Origin: a virus
Taxonomy: Duplodnaviria; Caudoviricetes
Length of the DNA: 34,920 nucleotides
Reading direction: 5' to 3' (one strand)
IMG/VR virus record: IMGVR_UViG_3300044676_003044
Span: 1-34,920 of that record
Part shown: one piece after another, positions 8,495 through 17,700 of the stretch
Layout of the letters: each line of letters begins with the position of its first letter
Numbering within the stretch: the first letter of the stretch is position 1
Program-made: the position numbers and the translations under genes
The notes under the pieces: model-generated
What the model saw: only the letters and a program-made list of their open reading frames with translations
Told to the model about the DNA's origin: nothing
The model's database searches: none

Positions 8495-8572
8495 GAAGCA
8501 CAAATAGTGGCACAAAATGAAGCACAAAAACTTCAAAGGGTTTTTTTAAAGTCCTGAGAAATTTTGTGCTTC
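8495..8572. repeat. G(AA/TG)GCACAAA repeats: three direct copies at 12-bp period plus one inverted copy; candidate integrase arm-type sites
   Basis: 8495-8504 GAAGCACAAA, 8507-8516 GTGGCACAAA, 8519-8528 GAAGCACAAA, 8563-8572 TTTGTGCTTC; partial inverted copy TGTGCTTC at 8267-8274. Confidence 0.75.
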
Positions 8573-8742
8573 GTTTTTAATGCTGTGGGACGGTGAATCT
8601 TGATCCACTGTATCCGTTGAGCATGGTCAGTTAGATCCAATCTCTTGTCAAGAGAGACTGCTTTTTTTACCTCGTCTTTGGGTCTCCGACATTCTTTTGG
8701 AGTCGGGATCTTTACAAAATCTCTGCTTGTCTTTCGACTCAC
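8533..8742 (-). CDS. Possible small basic hypothetical protein (doubtful)
   Basis: The GTG start overlaps the giant gene's stop (GTGA), but there is no clear RBS and the ORF runs across probable regulatory/att sequences. Confidence 0.25.
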   Translation of the reverse strand: MSRKTSRDFVKIPTPKECRRPKDEVKKAVSLDKRLDLTDHAQRIQWIKIHRPTALKTKHKISQDFKKTL

Positions 8743-11700
8743 TGGGCTACTTTTTCTCGTCCAAGTGCTCGTCTTCTAGCCTCCTGCTGCTTGCGAGTAA
8801 ACTCAGGATTTTCCTTGAGTTTCGGTAAGTTTGCCAATGCCTTCTGCAGTTCTGCTATTTGCTTTAGTAGATCTCGATACTCCTTCTGAAATTCTTTCTC
8901 CGACTCTCGTAGATTCTCAGGGTCATTTGCAAAGGCTATTCGATTCTTTTCTTGGTTATAGGCTCTTTCTCGTATGTAGTTTTGAAGGTCTCTGATCTGG
9001 AATCGCAAACCTCCTTCCAAATCAATAGGTCTACCTACTTCTGAAAAGCCAAGTGCTGATGTGATTGGAGAAGCAATCGTTTCATTGAAGGGGTTTGCCA
9101 TTCGGTTGATTGTCTGCACAAACGTCTTCTTCTGTTCTCCTCTGTAGTCAAAAATATTTGCTCGTTCTCCAAATAGATTCGGATTCATCTCCATTGCTTG
9201 TAGTGCTGTTTCCAGTAGTTGACGTTCCCAACTTGTCGGAGAGAACAAAGAGGGCATCACAGTGTCTCTAAAGTGTTTAAACCGCTTATCTATTCCGGTT
9301 CCTAAATCATCAAACTTGCTGGAGATTTCTCGACCTGTGTAGAAATCTTTATTGGCAGTTTGCTGCATGGTCTCTTTTAATAGAGGATGATTAAAGAAAC
9401 CTAAATCACTGATTGCTTCCCACCCTCCATATTTTGGATCAACTGCTGTTGTCAAGAATTGGTACAAGTATGCATGGGGTACAGCATAGAACAGATCCTC
9501 TATTTGTATTCTTCCATTCTCGTCTTTCGTTGGGAGAGGGAAGGTTAACATTCCATGCTTATCATAATACTCCGGTAGAGCCTTTAAGTATGCTTCATAT
9601 TCATCATCATCTAATTCGGATTCTTGTGATACAATATACGCATAGACCATTGCGTAATAAGATGCTGCTCGGAGCATAGCCTGTGGGTCTTTCATCATCT
9701 TACGAAGCAGATCGGTTTGCTTATAAGTCCAAGTAATGAAAGGAGCACCGACTAAAGACTTTCTCACTTTTTTAATTGCAGGGTCTACGTCTGAGTAATC
9801 AAAGAGATATTTGTTTGCTTCTTTCATTGCATCGGATGCAGACATTTCCTCTTGATTCAGGAAAGGAACTCCTGCGATATTTGCTCCGTGATCTTCCAAA
9901 TACATGGCTACCGCAAGTTTATCAACAATTTCCAGACCCTGATAGATATCTCCAAACGTATTATAGATCCTTCCCAGAATATTCATTGCTGTCTGGAATG
10001 AAGCAGTAGAACGAAGCGCATTCATCGTCCGATTCTGATAAACCAGCTTTCGTTCTTTTGGGGTCAGTTGCGTTTTGAAATCTGAGTTCATCCTTCCAAG
10101 CTCATCAGCCGCAAAGGTGGTTTGGATTAAGCCCAAGTCTTTGTATTGCTGATATCGGTCTCCATTCCTTAGTATCTCATACCCTGCTCGTAGTCGGTAA
10201 TCCAGATTTCGATGTACAGGCAATCCAGCAAAAGCCATTGATCCGGTATTGCCTTTTAGGTTATTCATCCAAGCAGTGGGGGATGCTGCTGTCATCTTCC
10301 ACTTAAAAATACTGTTGAACGTACTTGCTGTTCGTTCAAGGTCAGAAGCCCATCCTACTCCCGGTGATGAGCTTGCAGCTTCTTTGTTGATGAAGAAGGG
10401 GTCACCCATTACAAGATTAGCGATCTCTTTACGAACATATGCACCCCGAAGATCTCCATATCGATTAGAGTTTGGTAGCTGACGGTAAGCCTTATGATCA
10501 TACCCTCTAATCTTATTTCGTGCGGCATTCCCTAGTTTTCTATATTCATTTGCAATCGCTTGAACTAACTCTTCTTGAGCAGATCCGGGTTTCTTTGTCG
10601 GGAGGATCTGTTCTTCAATTCGATCTGCTTCTGCCATTAAAAACTCAGGCGAAACTCTTCGATCTGCTTTTTGTCTGGTAGCTGCAGGGAATCCTTCTTG
10701 TGTCAACCGTTGTCCCAGATTCCTGCGTGTAATGATGTCATTGACCAAGTTGGATATATTCAATTTCACTTGAGAGTCAGGTAGTACCCATTCCTTGTTC
10801 TGAGCAACCGCATTAAGGAAATCCATCTTTGCGATATCCTGTCCTGCTTGCAGAAGGGTTCTGCCCACCAGATAACCCGGAGATTCAATCTCGCCTAAGA
10901 ATAAGATTCTCGTTTGTTCATCGATGTCCTGCAGTTGTTTCCGATACCCCTGATCAGATACTTGCAGGTTTGCTCCCCCGGCAAATAGCGATTGGGATTC
11001 ATCCAATAGATACTTTAAATAAACTCGGGGTAGATACTTACCTCTTCGATTCTTAAAGGTCTCAAGACTAATCTGACCCAGACGCACAAGGTCTAGACCG
11101 ATCTGCTCAATTTCTTTTTTTGCTTGAACTGCAGCTTCTCTGAGTGTGGGAAGTTGTCGGTTGGTAAGTTGTCGGAGTCTCAGCTTCCCACCCCAGAAGC
11201 CAGAGACCTGTCTGTCAGGGATTAGGTTTGGATCAGCATTACGATTCTCCATAAAGGCTTTAATCAGTTTTTGCTCATCCGGGGTTGCTGCCATAAAGAC
11301 AGTGGCGAACTTTCGACCTGATTCGATAATCCTAGTTTGCTTCCCTCTCGTTTCCTGCAGCAGGTTTTCCAGTTCTTCTCGATGAGGTAGTCGAGCTTTG
11401 GGATCGAGGAACATGTCCACACTTGCCAGCACCCCTCGGACACTTTCTACATCTCTTGTATTTTGCGGTTGTTGAGGAGGTGTCTGCTGACGGTTAGAAG
11501 AGAATGATATTCTTTGATCATTTGGGTCAAAAGTTCCTTTGTTGAATACGGATTTAATCTGTTCAGGATCGAAAGCAACGTAATTTCCCCTACCTGTTTT
11601 TATTCCGTCATACCCTTTAGATTTCAAAAAATCACGGAGGATGTCTCCGAATCGATTGTTTGCTGACCCTTTTCGCATACCACTTGATTTCATATTCAAG

Positions 11701-14700
11701 TTAGTAAACGCATAACTGTTGCTTGGATTTTCTGCAGTATTCAAAGCAGGACGGATATCTATGCCTAGTTGATCTCCCAGTTCTGTCCAAAGAGCAGTAT
11801 CTACAGGTGCAGCAAGGTCTATTGGGTTTTGAACCGATAAATAAACCGGATAAACAGACTCACCTTTTGAGCTACCAGTACCCTCTGCATATCGGCTTGC
11901 TGCTTCAGGATTAGGCGCAAAGTAAAAACCCCTTCCGTATTGACCCATTACAGATTTTGAATAGTCAAAGGTATCAATATTCGCTTTAGAACCGTGATAC
12001 ATTACTTTGGGGTTACCCTCTGTGTCACGAACCACAGATTGTTTAAACCAGTTATTGAATTCGGGCGTTTCTGTTTGAGCACGATTGGCACTGAAAGAAA
12101 CCTGTTGATCTGCTTTATTTTCTTTGACCCTACGAATAATTTCTTTAGCCCGTTTACTTGGTTTTTGTTTTCCTTGCTCATCATTTTGAGACATAAAGCC
12201 ACCACCCCGACCAGTACTGTAGGGTGGTGTTTTTCCGATGCTGTAATACTGATCTGCTGTCGGATCTAGGATGTTCCCTTCATCGTCCTGCAACCACCAA
12301 TGCACGATACCGTCAGCATCTTGTGCACGGGTTGGGGTATAACCAGAGTCTTTTGCACCCATCATATGGTAAAGTGCTTCTGATGCCGCATAACAGTGTC
12401 CACAGAACTTATTTTTCTTTGCTGCTTCTCGGAAACGTGGTTGAAGTAAATCGATAGTTAGTACTTCTTGAATGTCTTCGATCATTTCATCAGGCGTTTG
12501 CTGACGGTTAGATGAAAACGATGCTTCAGGATTCACCTGTCGGGCAACAATCCCTCTTCCTACTGGTGCAGGGTTGTCGTAGCGTACTGGGTTTTCCATC
12601 GGATATAGATACTTCTGACCATTCTCTTGAATGTCAAAAGTAGATCCTTCAGAAACCAAGTGCTGATCCTGCAAGGCTCTGAACTGTTGCTGGTTGACTA
12701 CTTGAGGTTCACCAACAGTCACCTCACCAATGGCTTGAGCCTGTCCTTCTCCTGTACGGACAATTGCCATTCTCTGACCTACATAAGGTCTCAAAGAATC
12801 CGTATTTCTAGACTCTAACGATTTTTCTCCATCGACAATCAGGTCAGCATAGGATCGTTGAGCTTGCTGGTCTGTCCGAACATTGATCCCCATCTTAGGT
12901 GCATTTGGTGGTAGATTCCGATTGCTACTCAGGCTGATCATTGGCCCGTCAGGATCTATCTGCACGAAACCTACGCTTTCAGGAATGCGAGGTCTTCCGT
13001 CAATGACCGGAAACTTCATTCCATACTCATTGACCTTGATGTCTTCTACTTTTTTTGTTTGACCTTCTAAAGTAACAGTGTCTCCAACCTTTAGATTGTC
13101 TACAGAGTTTTTCGGTGTTGTTGCTTGAGTTGGCTTGTTTTGGGGCAGCACAGTTGCAGGTTCTACTTGCTGTCCATTGACTTCTACCGTAGTTTCAGAA
13201 GTACGCCCCATGTCCTCTCGCATACTACGAGGTACAGGTCGGATATCTCCAGTTTCTGGATCTTCCACTACAGGCACTACTTCTTCGTTCTGCCCGTCTT
13301 CAAACCCGACAACTGTTGCTTCCTTCCCTTCAAAACGGATAGTATCTCCAACTTTTAAATCTGGGTCTGGAATAACAACTTGACCACTTAATTCTAGTTC
13401 TTGAAGTGCTAAGAATTCAGCTAGCTTTTCCCTAACTTTGTTAGCTTTAGCATTTGTGGGGAGTTGAAGTTGTTCTGAAGAAAGTTCGTCAACAAGAGGT
13501 TTAACCTCTTCTATTATTTGCTTCCTTGTTTCTAGATATTCGTCTACATCTCTAATATTTTTTACTTTTTCTTTAGCTTGGCTAAGTTGTTTATCGGTTG
13601 GTGTGGGAACTACTTTTCCATAGAAACTGTGTCTGCCCGATTTAAAAGAGTATATGGTCGAGGGGTTCTCTGCTAGACCCTCTTCAGTAACAGCAGGGTT
13701 AGCACCATACTGTTCTAGTTTCTCTTTCAAAACTGTCATCTCAGCAATCATCCGTCTTGCTAGCAGTTTTTCAGAATCAAGAATTTTTCTTTGAGCTTTG
13801 GAACCGAATGCGGCTTTACCTGTCATCTGGTTGAGTTGCCGCTCAAGCAAATCGTACTGCATTCGTAAAATATCTACCGCTTCTGGACTCAGATCATCAG
13901 GAATAGCTAGACGTTTTCTTGCAGCGTCAATCATCTGATTTGTCGGAGGAAGCAGATCGGGAACTTCTGGAATAGGCTGGAGATCAACAGTAGATGTAGT
14001 GGTTTCTGAGGCTGGTGCTTCAGCAGTAGCTTGATCTACAGTCGTGGTGGTAGGTGCTGCTTCTTTCTCGCTTTCATCTTCTTGACCTTGAACATCTCGT
14101 CTGTTGTAGGAAATCAAATCGGGTTTTCTACCTTTTGCTAAGTTGTCATAGATTTTCTGATACCTACGCTTGATCCCTCGATCTGATGTTTCTCCTGATA
14201 GACCTAACCCGACAGATAACCTATCTAAGAAACCAAGTCGTTCCACTCCGTTTTCTGTAAAGTTCTGAGCCAACCACTCTCTGACACGTTCGGTCGGAGT
14301 GTCATTCGGCATTCCATTCGGGTAGCGTTGTTCAATGAAGGCATCAATTTCTGCTTGTCTTCTATTGTAGAGTTTATTTGCAAAGCGTTGGAACTTCTGT
14401 GGCCCAAGCATTGTTTGAATGCCAGCATGTCCAATTGATTCATGATGGTAAATCTTGACACCTTTTTCTACAGCAGAACGTAGATCTGTGCCTTTGAGGT
14501 TTTCTCCAATCAAATAGACAGTAAAAGTCTTACCCCCATCTGTTGAAACGGTTGCACCTTCCACTCCGGTTGCTGTGTCAGGAATGGTGACCAGTTTTTT
14601 CAGATCTTCCATTGTCTCTAGCACCACTACATCTGATGCATTCGGGAAGTACTGTTTCATGATGTCTTTGAGTACCTCAAGTTCTCGTTGCTTGAGAACT

Positions 14701-17700
14701 TCCTGACCTCGTTTGGTGTCAGGATTTACTGTTATCCCATTGAGAACCTCTGACTTCTTAGTATTCTCGGGAGTTAATTCTACATCAAAAACAGTACTGG
14801 CATCTCGACCTAGATCATCAATAGGTGAAGCTTGATCCATCATCTGTTCAGTCTCAGCCTTGTCTACGATCTCCTGAACAAGTGCTTGATTTTCTTGATC
14901 TTGTGCGATTTCTGAATCAAAGGTTTGTCTGCGGAAAGTTCCTGAAACAGGTTCACTGAGATCTAATGGTGCATCAGTAGCTGGAACCTCACCCAGTTCT
15001 CCAGAAATACTTTCATAGTCTAACGGTTGTTGATACTGCTCATCTGTAAAATCGGTTTGAGCAAAATCGGTTTGTCCTTCTGCTATTGCAGCTTCTTGAC
15101 GGGCTTGAGCTTGAGCCGTAGTCTCACCCTGCACTGGAGTCTGATTTGTCGCAGGAACATCTCCGAGTTCTCCTGCAAGATCATCATAGTTCAGTGACTC
15201 TGAATACTGCTCATCTGTAAAATCGGTTTGAGCAAACGCATTCCGTTGTCGAGTAGTTTCTGCTTCTTGCTCTAAAAACTCAGGTTGAAGGTTTAAAGAA
15301 GCTTCTTGACGGGCTTGAGCATCTGCTGTTTTTTGTCCTCTGGTTCTTGGGTCAAATTGGGCAGGAGGTGCAGGAAGGTTCTCTAGAGGCAGGTTGTCTA
15401 CGTCTGAGATTGGTTGAGTGATATCTTCATAAAATTGGTCATTGATCTGTTCATCAACCTGCTGAATTGGTGAAGGAGGTGCTGCTTCAAACTCCATCCG
15501 AGATCGAAGATCCTGCAGATTCTCACGAAGCATTTGAATCTGAGCATCTCGTTCTGCATCTCGTTCTGCTTGCTCTTGCTGATTGTCTACTGGATTAAAG
15601 GCATCTCCTTCTTCATATGCAGCAGGAGTTTCAGCAGGAGTTTCAGCAGGAGGTTTAGGTTGTGGTTCAATTCCTAATCGTCTGAGGATCTCGTCATTAT
15701 ATACCTGACGTAGAGAATCTTCCTGCTCTTTGAGTTGTGCTTCTTTGTCTTGAAGCTTTTTCATCTCACGGGCCATTCGTTTTTGAGCAGTCACACTCAA
15801 TGGCTTGTCAGCAGGATTCGGTTGTTGGTTACTACTCAGACTGACAGTGGTGCTTGTTGGTTCGGTCTGGGTTGGTTGTTCAGCAGGATTTCTCTCTGCT
15901 TGTTGTTGTAGATTTTTATAGTAGTCGAATTCACTACCAACCCCATCGGCTAATTCTTGCTCTGGTGCAGCTAGGATATCAGTTTGAGTCCGAGGTGATG
16001 TATCCCCAAGATCGTCACGCAGAATAATCGATTCATCTAGAGAGTTATACCATTTAAGTATTTTTCTCTCTTTGGCATCAAGTTCTTGATTGTTCTCAAT
16101 CTTGTCTTGGATCGAGATGATGGTGTTTTTGAATTCAGGCTGATTGACTAGGCTTTGGGCAGGAGCATTGTTGTTGGTAGGTAGAGTTTGAATGCTCTCA
16201 AAAATCTTGTTGGTCATCTGTTTGATGTCCTCAAGACCACCCAATCGGGGTTTGTTCTCAATCATCATCTCTACTGTAGTAATTGGTGCAGCAGTCACTA
16301 CACCCCCATACAGTCCTAACTCAGTAGCCTTATCTTGGGCTACTGGATTCTCTTTTGCCCACTCCCATCGGTTGGTGGTTAGTGTCTCTGAAGTCAACAA
16401 CTCTGGTGCTTTCATCGCAAGACGTTCTGCCATTGCCATGTTCAGCATCGTTGCCACAATCGGAGTATCGGCATAACCTTCTTCTGCACCTTCCACTAGA
16501 GTGTCAAAAGAAACTCTGCCGAGAAATCCACCAATTGGAAGTGATCCGGTTGCTTGCAATACTTGAAAAGCATCAAGAAATTTCTTATCACCAATTAGTT
16601 CTGCTGCTCGTGTAAGAATAATTTCTTTCTCATGATTCTTTTCAGCATCATTTGCAAACCGGGTAGAGTACTTTTTCCATGTCGGGTGGTAGTCGATCCC
16701 ACTTCGTGCTTCCGACTGTAACAAGGCAATATTGCCCGGAATACTGGTCAAAGCGAGAGCAGCACGAGAAGCCACCTCTGCTGTTCTTTTAGGATCTTGC
16801 GCCCATTGATACTTTGGTACTTTCTTTGTGATCAAAGCAGTAGCCATTGCTGTTGCCAGTGGGGCAGAAGACGTTAGCAAAGATCGAATGCCCTCACCAA
16901 CTCCTGTTTTAGGAGTAGGTTGGCGTTTCATATCTGCGGCATTGGCTTCCAGTAAGGATTGTCCAGCCTCCTTTATATAAGGCATTATAAACTTCTTAAT
17001 CTCGGGAATGAGAGTCTGACCGACTAATTCATCCCGAAATGGAGTGGTCATTGCCTCACCATACATTCTTATCTGATTGTCAAAAGCATCCATCAACTCT
17101 TGACCACCTTTATCAACTGCTTCTTTGGCCTGATTAGGTCGGTAGGCTAGTCCGTTTTCTGTCTGAACTTCTCGTAGAGGTCGCTCATTATAGTACTGTA
17201 CTCCGGTACGAGTGTCTGACGCACTATAGGGTTCCTCCCCACGAATCATTTCCCCAACAGAAGTGATCGGGCTTAGAATCTTCTCAAAGATGCCCTTATC
17301 CTGTCCGGTCTCACTCGGAGTTGCTCCCCCTGTCTGGGGCAAACGTGGGATTGGCGCATTTTGAGAAGGCAAGCGAACACGATCTTCTACCGGGTTGGGG
17401 ATGAGTTTACCTTCACGATCAAGCTGATCAGGATCAAGTTCGAACCGATCAACCTCCTGTCCATATAGACTCTTTAACTCAGATTGGTAGGGACGTTGGA
17501 AATACTGAGGTTGGATTTGCTCATACGGTACAAGATTTTGAGTTTTCTGGGCTTGATCGAGATCTTGTGTACCAAGACCCGATAACATGTTTCCAAAAGA
17601 TTCCTGCAGGTAGGTAGGTGCTGCCCCCAGTTGTTGGACAGTATCTGACCCCACATCCTTTAGTGTTCCAGTGATCCCTTCCTGACCAAGTAAGTCAGAC

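Noticed and set aside
8528-8547. Intrinsic terminator AAACTT-CAAA-GGGTTT-TTTT
   Set aside because: The stem depends on A-U and G-U pairs and is too weak to call with confidence, though its position between convergent operons is suggestive.
8495-8572. CRISPR array or mini-array linked to the Cas4-like nuclease
   Set aside because: The repeats are 10 bp with 2-bp gaps and no spacers. The nuclease is the stand-alone phage replication type, and no cas1/cas2 is present.
8533-8742. Integrase remnant or excisionase next to attP
   Set aside because: No R-H-R-Y tyrosine recombinase residues or HTH pattern are recognisable; the ORF itself is doubtful.
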